Assembly (NCBI GenBank): GCA_944387095.1
Contig: CALXDP010000011.1
Coordinates: 12,430-76,429 of the forward strand
Direction: 5' to 3'
From: an uncultured Oscillospiraceae bacterium
Lineage (GTDB): Bacteria; Bacillota; Clostridia; Oscillospirales; Oscillospiraceae
DNA length: 64,000 nucleotides
Shown: positions 20,409-30,073 of the stretch, in pieces
Layout of the letters: each line of letters opens with the position of its first letter
Numbering within the stretch: position 1 is the stretch's first letter
Notes under the pieces: model-generated
Databases searched by the model: none
Seen by the model: the letters and a program-made list of their open reading frames with translations, nothing else
What the model was told of the DNA's origin: nothing
Program-made: the position numbers and the translations under genes

Positions 20409-20948
20409 TTAACCTCCGTATACGCTGGGTTTCAAAATCCCAATGTACGGAAGATTCCGGTATTTCTCATCATAGTCCAGCCCATAGCCCACCACGAAGG
20501 CATCTGGGATCTGGAAGCCCACATAGTCCGCGGCGATGGGCTTTGACCGGCGCTCCGGCTTATCCAGCAGGGTGCAGATGCGGATGGAGGCCGGCTTTCT
20601 GGCCCGGAGCACGTCCATGAGATAGTACAGGGTGTTGCCCGAGTCCAGGATATCCTCCACAATGATGAGATCCTTGCCCTCGATGGAGTCGGACAAGTCC
20701 TTTTTGATCTCCACCTGGCCAGAGCTGACGGTACCAGAGCCGTAGGAGGACACCGCCATGAAATCCACTGTGATGGGCAGCTCAATGGCCCGGGTCAAAT
20801 CTGCCATGAAGATGTACGAACCCCGAAGCACCGAGGCCACCGCCACTTCCTTCCCGGCGTAATCCGCCGTGATTTTCTCTCCCAGCTCCTGAACCCGGCG
20901 GCTCAGCTCCTCCTGGGTGAACAGGATTCTCTCCACGTCCTGGTGCAC
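20409..20948 (-). CDS. hpt: hypoxanthine phosphoribosyltransferase
   Basis: PRPP-binding loop IIVEDILDSGNT. Confidence 0.95.
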   Translation of the reverse strand: MHQDVERILFTQEELSRRVQELGEKITADYAGKEVAVASVLRGSYIFMADLTRAIELPITVDFMAVSSYGSGTVSSGQVEIKKDLSDSIEGKDLIIVEDILDSGNTLYYLMDVLRARKPASIRICTLLDKPERRSKPIAADYVGFQIPDAFVVGYGLDYDEKYRNLPYIGILKPSVYGG

Positions 20949-20951
20949 GCT

Positions 20952-22265
20952 TCATTCTCCCTTTCTCATGGTGATATACAGGCACCGCTCCCCCGGTACG
21001 GCCAGCGCGTCCTGGTCTGGGCCCAGCCCGCCTGCCGCAGCCACGGTCTCCCCCGCGGAAAGTACCGGCACGGCCGGGCGCTCCTGTCGGGGAACGCGCT
21101 GCTCAATCATCAGTTTTTTGATCGTTTTCCAAGGTCTTTGGCCCAGCCGGAGCCCATCTCCCGGCTCTCGGGCTCGGATGACATACCCCCCGGGCTTCAG
21201 ATAAAATTCTCCCGGATGGACATAGGCCTTAGGGGGGCATATCCCCTCCTGGGCAAAAATCATCCAGCCCCCCCAGCGGTTCTCCCCCTTCTTCAGGGGG
21301 CGCTCCTCCAAAACCGGCTCAGCCGCCTTCGGGGAAAAGACCAAATCCTCATAGGCCCGGTATACCCGTCCTCCGTCCACGTCCAGCCCTGCAGAGGGGT
21401 CCTCCCCTGCCGCCAGAGCCAGCGCACCCTCCCGGTATACCGCCTGGTCTCCCAGTCCCGCCCGTTCCAGCAGCATCCCCACCACCCGCAGGGCAATGGG
21501 CCGGGGAGCGCCCGCCAGGGCGCCGGCCGGAACGGTCAGCCCTTGGCCTTTCTGCCGGGCCTGGTTGGCCAACCGGGCAGCCTGGGCCGCCAATTCCTCC
21601 TCGTCCAGGGTCAGCCGGGCTGCTGTGGCGGCGATGTGCTCCGCCGCCCGGGGATTGATCTGCTCCAGCAGCGGAAGCACCTGGGTGCGCATCCGGTTGC
21701 GGGTGTAGGCCGGGTCGGCATTGCTCTCATCCTCCACATGGGGGATGTGACGGTCAATCAGATATTGCTCCGCCTCCTCCCGGGTCAGGGTGAGCATAGG
21801 GCGGATCAGGATCCCCCGCCGTTCCGGGATACCCGTCAGCCCCTTCAGCCCGCAGCCCCGGATCAGATTCATCAGCACCGTCTCCGCATTGTCTCCGGCG
21901 TGATGGCCGGTGGCGATGAGATCACAGCCCAGCTCTTCGGCGGCCCGCTCCAGAAACTCATAGCGCAGGCGCCGGGCCCATGCCTCCAGCCCAAGGCCCT
22001 CCCGGCGGGCCCTTCCCGCCACGTCGCCAGTGCCCACCGCCAGGGGTATCCCCAGCTTTCCGCACCAGTCCCGGACAAAGGCCTCGTCCCGGCCGGCGGA
22101 GGGGCGCAGGTTGTGGTTGTAGTGGGCAGCCCGCACCTGGTAGCCGCCCACCGCTGCACCCTCCAACAGGCGGCACAGCAGATACATGGAGTCTGTGCCG
22201 CCGGACAGAGCGCACAGCACCCGGCTGCCCGGGGGGATCAGATCATAGCGGAACCGCCCCGGCAT
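20952..22265 (-). CDS. tilS: tRNA(Ile)-lysidine synthetase
   Basis: PP-loop SGGTDS. Lies in the conserved tilS-hpt-ftsH order. Confidence 0.9.
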   Translation of the reverse strand: MPGRFRYDLIPPGSRVLCALSGGTDSMYLLCRLLEGAAVGGYQVRAAHYNHNLRPSAGRDEAFVRDWCGKLGIPLAVGTGDVAGRARREGLGLEAWARRLRYEFLERAAEELGCDLIATGHHAGDNAETVLMNLIRGCGLKGLTGIPERRGILIRPMLTLTREEAEQYLIDRHIPHVEDESNADPAYTRNRMRTQVLPLLEQINPRAAEHIAATAARLTLDEEELAAQAARLANQARQKGQGLTVPAGALAGAPRPIALRVVGMLLERAGLGDQAVYREGALALAAGEDPSAGLDVDGGRVYRAYEDLVFSPKAAEPVLEERPLKKGENRWGGWMIFAQEGICPPKAYVHPGEFYLKPGGYVIRAREPGDGLRLGQRPWKTIKKLMIEQRVPRQERPAVPVLSAGETVAAAGGLGPDQDALAVPGERCLYITMRKGE

Positions 22266-23623
22266 CAGTACTCGTCCTCATCGTCCCGGTAGGCCAGATT
22301 GCGGAAGGTGGTGAATTCAGGCCGCCACTCCAGCAGAACGGTGCCCGTCTCGCCATGGCGGTTTTTGGCCACAATGCACTCGGCCACATTGGGATTTTCC
22401 GTATCGTTCTCATAATAGCTCTCCCGGTAGATGAACATGACAATGTCCGCGTCCTGCTCAATGGAGCCGGACTCCCGCAGGTCAGAGAGCATGGGCCGGC
22501 GCTGTCCGGCCGACCGGCTCTCATTGGCCCGGGACAGCTGGGACAGGCACAGCACCGGCACATTCAGCTCCTTGGCCATGAGCTTTAAAGAACGGGACAT
22601 GTCGGACACAATCTGCTGGCGGTTGTCATTGGCCCGCTGGGGCCCGCCCGCAGAGGTCATCAGCTGGAGATAATCCACCACCACCAGCCCCAGGTTCTTC
22701 ACCCGGCGGCACTTGGCGTTCATGTCCGCCACCGACAGGGTGGCGTCGTCATCGATATAAATATTGGCCTGGCTCAGAGTGGCCACCGCCATGGCCGCCC
22801 GGGTCCACTCCTCCTCACCGCTCAGCCGGCCGGTCAGCAGCTTCTTGTTGTCGATCAGGCTCTCCATGGAGATCAGGCGCATGCCCAGCTGTTCCCGGCT
22901 CATCTCCAGGGAAAAGACCGCCACGGCCTTGCCCGCGCGCTTGCCCGCCTCCAGGGCGATGTTCAGCGCCAGGGAGGTCTTGCCCATGCCGGGGCGGGCG
23001 GCCAGGATAATCAGGTCGGAGTTGTTCAGTCCCGAGATCCGCCGGTCCAGGTCAATCAGGCCGGTGGAAATGCCGGGAAACTCCTCCCCGGAGGACTGCC
23101 GTTCCTTGATGGTGTCCCACACCTGGCCCAGCACTGTGGCGATGTGGGCCATCTCCCAGGAGGACTTCCCCTGCCGAATGGCGTAGATGCGCTGCTCGGC
23201 CGCCTCCAAGATCTGCTGGGCGGTGCCGCTCTCCTTGCGCACCATTTCCTCCAGCTCCCCGGCGGTCTCCCCCACCCGGCGCAGCAGCGCCTTATCCGCC
23301 ACGATGTCCGCGTATTCCAGCACATTGGCGGCGGTTGGGGTGATCTCCATCAGCTGGCTGAGATAGGGCAGGGAGGCGTTCTCGTCGTACACCCCCGCCT
23401 GTTTCATCCGGTCCAGTACCGTCACGGGATCGATGGTCTCAAAGCGGTTGAACATGCCGTAGAGCACCTGGTAGAGCTCCCGGTTCTGGCGCAGGTAGAA
23501 ATCGTCCGGGGACAGGCGGGCAATCACGTCGGGCACGCACCGTTCATCCAGGAGCATGGAGCCCAACACCGCCTGCTCCGCCTCCACCGAGTGGGGCAGG
23601 GCCAGATTATCCAATTCGTTCAT
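22265..23623 (-). CDS. dnaB: replicative DNA helicase
   Basis: Walker A ARPGMGKTS, Walker B VVVDYLQL. Lies in the rplI-dnaB order. Confidence 0.95.
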   Translation of the reverse strand: MNELDNLALPHSVEAEQAVLGSMLLDERCVPDVIARLSPDDFYLRQNRELYQVLYGMFNRFETIDPVTVLDRMKQAGVYDENASLPYLSQLMEITPTAANVLEYADIVADKALLRRVGETAGELEEMVRKESGTAQQILEAAEQRIYAIRQGKSSWEMAHIATVLGQVWDTIKERQSSGEEFPGISTGLIDLDRRISGLNNSDLIILAARPGMGKTSLALNIALEAGKRAGKAVAVFSLEMSREQLGMRLISMESLIDNKKLLTGRLSGEEEWTRAAMAVATLSQANIYIDDDATLSVADMNAKCRRVKNLGLVVVDYLQLMTSAGGPQRANDNRQQIVSDMSRSLKLMAKELNVPVLCLSQLSRANESRSAGQRRPMLSDLRESGSIEQDADIVMFIYRESYYENDTENPNVAECIVAKNRHGETGTVLLEWRPEFTTFRNLAYRDDEDEY

Positions 23624-23653
23624 GGCTTCGCCTCCCGGAACCGCAGGTTCTCC

Positions 23654-24103
23654 TTACTTCTCCTCAATCACCAGCACATGGATCGTGCCGGTGACCTCGT
23701 AGCCCAGCTTGCACTTGACCTCAAAGGATCCAAAGGACTTGATGGGCTCGGGCAGGACGATCTTGCTCTTGTTCACGTCCATCTGCTGCTGCTCTTTCAG
23801 GGCCTGGGCAATCTCCTTACTGGTCACCGAGCCGAACAGGCGGCTGCCCTGGCCGGCCTTGGCGGAGATTTTCACCTGGCAGCGCTCCAGCCGCTCGGCC
23901 GTGGCCTCGGCCTGGGCCTTCTCCTCCGCCTGCCTGGCCTTGCGGGCCTTCTCCTGCATCTTCATGGTGTTCACGTTTTCCGCCGTGGCCTCCACCGCCA
24001 GCTTCCGGGGCAGGAGGAAATTGCGGCCGTAGCCGTCGGATACCTCCACCATCTGGCCCTTCTTTCCCTGGCCTTTCACATCTTGCTGTAAAATCACTTT
24101 CAT
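23654..24103 (-). CDS. rplI: 50S ribosomal protein L9
   Basis: MKVILQQDVKGQGKKGQMVEVSDGYGRNFL is the canonical L9 N-terminus. Confidence 0.95.
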   Translation of the reverse strand: MKVILQQDVKGQGKKGQMVEVSDGYGRNFLLPRKLAVEATAENVNTMKMQEKARKARQAEEKAQAEATAERLERCQVKISAKAGQGSRLFGSVTSKEIAQALKEQQQMDVNKSKIVLPEPIKSFGSFEVKCKLGYEVTGTIHVLVIEEK

Positions 24104-24181
24104 GACAGATACCTCCTATGAAAACACGAAACGGTCTTGACACCGTGCAGCCCCGCAGTCACTGCGTTTTTGCCGCGCGGC

Positions 24182-26197
24182 TCAATCCTCCGGATCCTGG
24201 GCCTCCTCTTCCGCCCCCTCAAAATACTGGTCCAGCACGCCGCGCAGCAGCGCTTCCACTTCCTCCACCGCTTTCCCGGGAATCTGGGCCCCTGCGGCGT
24301 TGGCGTTGCCCCCGCCGCCCAGGGCCTCCAGGATCACCTGCACATTGGTGTCATTCATGCTCCTGGCGGACACCACCACCTGGTCCCCGTCCTGGTAGAG
24401 CACGAAAGAGGCCTGGATCCCCTCGATGTTCAGCAGCTCATCCGCTGCCTGGGCAGCTGTCACCCTTCCCACCGCGCGATCTGTCGCCGCAATGGCGATG
24501 TCCTGCCCGTAGGGCTTGGCGTTCTGGATGATGCCGTACTTGGCCACCGTGTCGGCCAGTCCGGTCTGAAACAGCTTTTTCACCTCACCGGTGTCCGCGC
24601 CGCCCCGGCGCAGGAAGGCCGCCGCCTCGAAAGTCCGGCCCCCTGTGCGCATGGTGAAATTCTTGGTGTCCAGCATCAGCCCTGCCATGAGGGCCTCCGC
24701 CTCTCCCCGCAGCAGATCCGCCGGCTCCATCAGATAGCTGAGCAGCTCCGTGACCAGCTCGCTGGCGGAGGAGGCGTAGGGCTCGTGGAAGTTCAGCGCG
24801 GCCCCCTCGATATAGGTGGCCGCCCGGCGGTGGTGGTCGATAACCGCCACCTTGTTGCAGGAGATGAGCAGCTCCCGGCTGGCCACCTGCTCGGGCCGGT
24901 TGGTGTCCACCACCACCAGCAAAGAACGGGAGTCCGCCCGGAGCAGGGCCTCCTGGCTGTCCAGGAACAGGTCCTGGTACTCCTCCATTTTTTCTACCCG
25001 GTCATACAGGTCGTCGGCAGGTGTGGGTCCTTCCTCCCGGATGATGTAGTGGGGAATGCCCCGCTTGCGGGCAATGGCGCACACCCCCACCGCAGCGCCC
25101 ACCGCGTCCATATCCGCCACCTTATGCCCCATGACCAGCACGCAGGAGGCGTCGGCCACCAGCTCCCCCAGGGCAGAGGCCATCACCCGGCTTTTCACCT
25201 TGGTGCGCTTCTCCGTCTCCTTGGCCCGGCCGCCGTAAAACTCAAAGTTGAAGCGGTTTTTCACCACCGCCTGGTCGCCTCCACGGGACAGGGCCATCTC
25301 CGCGGACAGAGAGGCAAAGCGGAACATCTCCGCCAAGCTGTCCCCATCCACCCCCACACCGATGGACACGGTAATGGGGATGCCGTTGGGGCTCTGGATG
25401 GTTCGGACACTATCCAGCAGGGAGAACTTCTCCGCCTTGTAGCCGTCCAGGTACTGCTCCTCGAACATGTACAGATAGCGGTCCCGGTCCAGCCGGCAGA
25501 AAATGCCGTTGGTGTCCGCCGTCCACTGGGTAAACTTCTGGCTGACGGCATTGAGCAGGGCCGAGCGCACGCTGTCCTCCTGTCCCTTGATGGTATCCTC
25601 ATAGTTGTCCAGCAAAAGCAGGGCCACCGCCGGCCTGGTGGCCTTGTAGATATCCCGGGTGTTGGCCAGCTCAGTCACATCCACCCAATAGGTGGTGGCC
25701 AGTACCCCTTCCTCCTGCCCCGCGGTGCGGGCCACACTTCCAAACACCTGATAGCGCCGCTGACCCACCTGCACCTCCTGGGGGCATTCACTCTTGCCCT
25801 CCAGCAGCCAGCGGGCGTCAAACCCGGGCACCAGATCCGCCAGCTTGGTGTCAAACACCCCCTCCTGCTCCTCCGTCAGGTGCAGGAAACGGTCGTTGGT
25901 CCAGATCACCTCGTCAGTGTCCGGCCGGAACATGGCCACGGGCAAAGGACAGTTCAGCATGCTGTCCCGGGTGGCCCCGTCCATGCTGCCTACCAGCTCT
26001 TCCAGGTAGCTGGCGGCCGCCCGCCGGCGGCGGACCATGGTGCCCCAATAGACCCCATACAGAACGGCCACGATTACCAGTTCGCCCACGGCCACATCCA
26101 CCCGGCCCAGCAGGAGGGTAATCAGGCCAAAGACCGCCATCACCAGAAAGTATAGCCCAAAACGGGGAGCCAGAAGCTGTGATAGTTTCTTGTTCAC
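24182..26197 (-). CDS. gdpP: GdpP-like DHH/DHHA1 phosphodiesterase (membrane-anchored, PAS/GGDEF-like middle)
   Basis: Two N-terminal TM helices, DHH region (VVIDHHRR) and DHHA1 GGGG motif. Lies in the conserved gdpP-rplI-dnaB order. GTG at 26197 follows GGAGAGAGGTGG and is preferred to the upstream ATG at 26308. Confidence 0.8.
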   Translation of the reverse strand: MNKKLSQLLAPRFGLYFLVMAVFGLITLLLGRVDVAVGELVIVAVLYGVYWGTMVRRRRAAASYLEELVGSMDGATRDSMLNCPLPVAMFRPDTDEVIWTNDRFLHLTEEQEGVFDTKLADLVPGFDARWLLEGKSECPQEVQVGQRRYQVFGSVARTAGQEEGVLATTYWVDVTELANTRDIYKATRPAVALLLLDNYEDTIKGQEDSVRSALLNAVSQKFTQWTADTNGIFCRLDRDRYLYMFEEQYLDGYKAEKFSLLDSVRTIQSPNGIPITVSIGVGVDGDSLAEMFRFASLSAEMALSRGGDQAVVKNRFNFEFYGGRAKETEKRTKVKSRVMASALGELVADASCVLVMGHKVADMDAVGAAVGVCAIARKRGIPHYIIREEGPTPADDLYDRVEKMEEYQDLFLDSQEALLRADSRSLLVVVDTNRPEQVASRELLISCNKVAVIDHHRRAATYIEGAALNFHEPYASSASELVTELLSYLMEPADLLRGEAEALMAGLMLDTKNFTMRTGGRTFEAAAFLRRGGADTGEVKKLFQTGLADTVAKYGIIQNAKPYGQDIAIAATDRAVGRVTAAQAADELLNIEGIQASFVLYQDGDQVVVSARSMNDTNVQVILEALGGGGNANAAGAQIPGKAVEEVEALLRGVLDQYFEGAEEEAQDPED

Positions 26198-26393
26198 ACA
26201 GTCCACCTCTCTCCATTCCACAATCTGTCTGTCCCGCACAGGGCGGGAAACGCTTATAGCCGGGGGACATGGCGCCCGCGCCGACAGAAAATGCTCTCGC
26301 ATTTTCAATAGACATTATTATACCAAATGCCATCCATAAAAACAAGAATAATTCCCCGGAGCAATTTGAGGGCATAATTTGGGGATTTCGCCA

Positions 26394-26422
26394 TTGCGCC
26401 GGAATCTGCACACTGCTATAAT
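26394..26422 (+). promoter_or_regulatory. putative sigma-A promoter of ilvE
   Basis: TTGCGC, a 17-nt spacer and TATAAT. Confidence 0.5.
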
Positions 26423-26462
26423 ATAGGTATTCAACACTTTAATGCAAAAGGAGACGAGTCCC

Positions 26463-27530
26463 ATGCTGGAGATCCAAGTCACCCGCGCCGGCCAGGGCAA
26501 GCCCCACCCCGATCCCGATACCCTGGTGTTCGGCAAGCTGTTCACCGACCACATGTTTCTCATGGACTACCACGCTGGCCAGGGCTGGCACAGCCCCCGC
26601 ATCGTGCCCTACGGCCCTTTCTCCCTGGATCCCTCCTGCATGGTGTTCCACTACGCCCAGGAGGTCTTTGAGGGGCTCAAGGCCTACCGCACGCCCGAGG
26701 GCAAGGTGCAGCTGTTCCGGCCCGTGGAGAATGCCCGGCGGCTAAACTCCTCCTGCGACCGGCTGTGCATCCCCCAGATTCCCGAGGAGGATTTCGTCCA
26801 GGCGGTGAAGGCGCTGGTCCAGATCGACCGGGACTGGGTGCCGGACAAGAAGGGCACTTCCCTGTATATCCGCCCCTTCATCTTTGCCACCGACCCCTCT
26901 CTGGGGGTTCACGCCTCCCACAGCTACCGCTTCGCCATCATCCTCAGCCCCGTGGGCGCCTACTACCCCGAGGGCATCAACCCGGTGAAGATCTATGTGG
27001 AGGACGAGGACGTGCGGGCCGTCCGGGGTGGGACCGGCTACACCAAGTGCGGCGGAAACTACGCCGCCTCCATCCGGGCCGGAGAGCGGGCGGAGGCGCA
27101 GGGCTACTCCCAGGTACTGTGGCTGGACGGCGTCCACCGCAAGTACATTGAGGAGGTGGGGGCCATGAACGTGCTGTTCAAGGTGGACGGCACGGTGATC
27201 ACCCCCGCCCTCACCGGCTCGGTGCTCCCCGGCATCACCCGGAAGAGCTGCCTGGAGCTGCTGCGGGACTGGGGCGTCGCCGTGGAGGAGCGGCTGATTA
27301 CCGCCCAGGAGCTGTTTGACGCCGCCGACGCCGGCAAGCTGGAGGAAGCCTGGGGTTCGGGCACTGCGGCGGTGGTCTCCCCCATCGGCGAGCTGGCCAT
27401 GGGAGGCCGGAAAGCGATCCTCAACAACGGCAAGATCGGCCCCCTCACCCAGCGGCTGTACGACACCCTCACCGGCATCCAGTGGGGCACCGAGCCCGAC
27501 CCCCACGGCTGGACCGTGCCGGTGGAATAG
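26463..27530 (+). CDS. ilvE: branched-chain amino acid aminotransferase
   Basis: Class IV aminotransferase sequence (FEGLKAYR, GTGYTKCGGNY). ATG at 26463 lies 8 nt after AAAGGAGA. Confidence 0.9.
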   Translation: MLEIQVTRAGQGKPHPDPDTLVFGKLFTDHMFLMDYHAGQGWHSPRIVPYGPFSLDPSCMVFHYAQEVFEGLKAYRTPEGKVQLFRPVENARRLNSSCDRLCIPQIPEEDFVQAVKALVQIDRDWVPDKKGTSLYIRPFIFATDPSLGVHASHSYRFAIILSPVGAYYPEGINPVKIYVEDEDVRAVRGGTGYTKCGGNYAASIRAGERAEAQGYSQVLWLDGVHRKYIEEVGAMNVLFKVDGTVITPALTGSVLPGITRKSCLELLRDWGVAVEERLITAQELFDAADAGKLEEAWGSGTAAVVSPIGELAMGGRKAILNNGKIGPLTQRLYDTLTGIQWGTEPDPHGWTVPVE

Positions 27531-27797
27531 CCGGAACACAGGGCGAACATCACGGCACCGCCGGCTCCGATACCACTCCCGCTCTCCGTACACCACCAGC
27601 GGATCTCCCTCCCCCTGAACCAGGCAGTTCTCCCTCGGCCAGAGGATTACGATCCGCTCTCCTCGCAGGGCAGGAAAGGTTCCGCCCTGTGCGCTCAGCA
27701 GCGCCGCGGCCCGCTGGAGCTCCGGAGTAATCTGGCTGGCGTGAAGCACGGCATAGGGCTCTACACAGTCCGGGGACAACTCGATCTTTCCCTTCAC
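27531..27797 (-). pseudogene. 5' fragment of a small LytTR-family regulator gene, truncated against the ilvE 3' end
   Basis: GTG start follows GAAGGGAG. MKGKIELSPDCVEPYAVLHASQITPELQ...RGERIVILWPRENCLVQGEGDPLVVYGEREWYRS matches the N-terminal ~78 aa pattern of ~150-aa stand-alone LytTR proteins. The expected RLRLYELE continuation is absent, and the frame runs antisense into ilvE. Confidence 0.45.
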
Positions 27798-27923
27798 AGT
27801 GGCCAGCTCCCTTCTTTTCTCTTTTCCGCCAGTCCATTATAGCAGATGCGTTTGGAAAGGGAGTATCCGGCAAGCGGCGCAAATCCGGGGGTGAAATGCG
27901 CCTATCGCCCACTCTCCCACACC

Positions 27924-28389
27924 TTGACAGAGATAGACGGGCCATATTATACTGAAAACATCTAAATGGAAAAGGGTAAAAGAATGCGCAAGTAAACTGA
28001 ACTTCCAGTCATGAACCATACCATCGGTCAGGCCCATCCCGGATGGGCCCGGGTCTTCGTGACGAGAAGGGCAGTTTACGGACTTCTGCCGGACAGGTGC
28101 GCCCTGCCCCGGTCTTCTTTCGTCACGTAACGCCTGCCTTCGGTCACGGAGGCAGGCGTTTTTGTTCCAGCGGGGGAATGTGCCCCGGTAAAAAGGCAGC
28201 ACCTTTTGCCGGGATGTCGCGGCCCACCGCGGCGCACTCGCTGTCCGATGGATGCGGACAGCCCACACGTTTGTGGGTCGGGCCCCGTTTTCGTCCACGC
28301 ACATGTCGCGGCCGAAAACATATTGCAATGTTTCGCACCCATTGGGGCGCGAACTCTGCCAGGCTCTTACGCGAGAGGAGGAATGCGCT
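27924..28389 (+). promoter_or_regulatory. promoter plus ~430-nt structured leader of the ABC-F gene (attenuator candidate)
   Basis: TTGACA (27924-27929) with a TATTAT/TATACT -10 region (27945-27953). 9-bp hairpin at 28031-28049. Long-range helix 28058-28069 / 28114-28127. Intrinsic terminator at 28129-28165. Further hairpins precede the SD. Confidence 0.6.
28129..28165 (+). terminator. intrinsic terminator inside the ABC-F leader
   Basis: Stem aacgcctgcct / aggcaggcgtt followed by TTTTTG, 225 nt upstream of the start codon. Confidence 0.75.
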
Positions 28390-29931
28390 ATGCTACAGAT
28401 TCAGAACCTGACAATCACCCATCGACAGGATTTGACCACCCTGGTGGAGGGGCTGTCCTTCCTCCTGGCCCCCGGGGACCGGGCGGCCCTCATCGGGGAG
28501 GAGGGCAACGGGAAATCCACCGTGTTGAAGCTTCTGTATCACCCGTCCCTGGTGGAACCCTACGCAGAGTGGACGGGGGAGATTTTGGACCAGGGGCTCC
28601 GGAAGGGCTACCTGGCCCAAGAACTGGGGCCGGAGGAGCTGGCCCGGCCCGTGCTAGAATTCTGCCAGGCTAGCCCCGCCTTTGGGACCGCGGACCCCGG
28701 ACAGCTGGCCCGGCGGGCCCGTCAGGTGGGGCTGGATCCGGAGATTTTTTACCACTGGCGGCCCATGGCCACTCTGTCAGGCGGGGAGCGGGTGAAGCTG
28801 CGCCTGGCCCTGCTGCTGCTGGACGACCCGGACGTGCTGCTGTTGGACGAGCCGTCCAACGACCTGGATCTGGCCGCCCTAACCTGGCTGGAGGGCTTCC
28901 TGTTGTCCTGCCCGGTCCCTGTGCTGTATATCTCCCACGACGAGACCCTGCTGGAGCGCACGGCCAACGTGGTCATCCACCTGGAGCGGCTACGCCGCCG
29001 CACCCTCCCCCGGTGCACGGTGGCCCGGACGGGGTACCGGGACTATGTCAACACCCGGCAGGTGGGCTTCGCCCATCAGGAGCAGGTAGCCCGGAAGGAA
29101 CGGGCGGAATTTGACACCAAAATGGAGAAGTTCCGCCAGATCCGGGACAAAGTGGACCATCGGCAGGCCGCCATCTCCCGGCAGGACCCCCATGGGGGGC
29201 GGCTTCTGAAAAAGAAGATGCACGCCGTTCAATCTCTGGGCCGCCGGTTGGAACGGGAGCGGGAAAACATGACCCAGATGCCCGAGTGGGAGCAGGCCAT
29301 CCTCACCGCCTTTGACCGGCAAGCCGCCGCCCTCCCCGCCGGAAAGACGGTGCTCCACCTGGACCTGCCCGAACTGCGGGCGGGGGAGCGGCTGCTGTCC
29401 CAAAACCTGCGGCTGTGGGTCACTGGACCGGAGAAGATCGGCATTGTGGGGGCCAACGGGGCGGGCAAGTCCACCTTGCTGAACATCGCGGCGGACGAGC
29501 TGCTGCCCCGGACAGATCTCCGCACAGCTTACATGCCCCAGGACTACGGCGGCCAGCTGTTGGGAGATAAGACCCCGGTGGACCTTCTGGCCCCCTCGGG
29601 GCAGAGGGATGATATCACCCGGGCCCGGACTCTGCTGGGGGCCATGAAGTACCAGGCGGAGGAGATGGAACACCCGGCGGCGGGCCTCTCAGGCGGGCAA
29701 CGGGCCAAGCTGCTCTTCCTGGCCATGGTGCTGAACGGCTCTAACGTGTTGATACTGGACGAGCCCACCCGGAACTTCTCCCCCCTGTCCGCCCCGGTGG
29801 TCCGGCAGGTGCTGTCAGATTTTCCGGGCTGCATCATCAGCGTGTCCCACGACCGGCTGTACTTGAAGCAGGTGTGCCACCAGGTGCTGGAGCTCACGGA
29901 GCAGGGACTGCGGCCCGTCTGCCTGGACTGA
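28390..29931 (+). CDS. ABC-F family ATPase (two ABC domains, no TM domain); possible ribosome-protection type
   Basis: Two Walker A sites (GEEGNGKST, GANGAGKST), two signatures (LSGGERVK, LSGGQRAK) and a charged inter-domain linker. ATG at 28390 follows GAGAGGAGGA. Confidence 0.85.
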   Translation: MLQIQNLTITHRQDLTTLVEGLSFLLAPGDRAALIGEEGNGKSTVLKLLYHPSLVEPYAEWTGEILDQGLRKGYLAQELGPEELARPVLEFCQASPAFGTADPGQLARRARQVGLDPEIFYHWRPMATLSGGERVKLRLALLLLDDPDVLLLDEPSNDLDLAALTWLEGFLLSCPVPVLYISHDETLLERTANVVIHLERLRRRTLPRCTVARTGYRDYVNTRQVGFAHQEQVARKERAEFDTKMEKFRQIRDKVDHRQAAISRQDPHGGRLLKKKMHAVQSLGRRLERERENMTQMPEWEQAILTAFDRQAAALPAGKTVLHLDLPELRAGERLLSQNLRLWVTGPEKIGIVGANGAGKSTLLNIAADELLPRTDLRTAYMPQDYGGQLLGDKTPVDLLAPSGQRDDITRARTLLGAMKYQAEEMEHPAAGLSGGQRAKLLFLAMVLNGSNVLILDEPTRNFSPLSAPVVRQVLSDFPGCIISVSHDRLYLKQVCHQVLELTEQGLRPVCLD

Positions 29932-30073
29932 CCCCGTCCTCTTGCCTTTTCTCCCCCCTTCTGATATGCTGAAATTGAAAGATGTAAACCCCAGGTTAGC
30001 AGGATTCCTCCCCCAGGTTGGTGGGCAGACGCGGGGTTTTCTGATAGGGTGGGGTTGAAAGGAGGTGTTGGCC

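Noticed and set aside
17199-20546. 1115-aa ORF on the plus strand
   Set aside because: It lies antisense to lepB, ftsH and hpt. The composition is low-complexity Arg/Pro/Gly/His with no SD. It is an artefact of GC-rich codon usage.
26742-27797. 351-aa minus-strand ORF
   Set aside because: Only the first ~78 aa (27531-27797) look like a real LytTR-type protein. The rest is antisense to ilvE. I report it as a truncated pseudogene instead.
27966-28130. Leader peptides in the ABC-F leader (9-aa, 3-aa and 39-aa frames)
   Set aside because: None has a convincing SD or a recognisable stalling motif. They are mentioned only as hypotheses within the leader finding.
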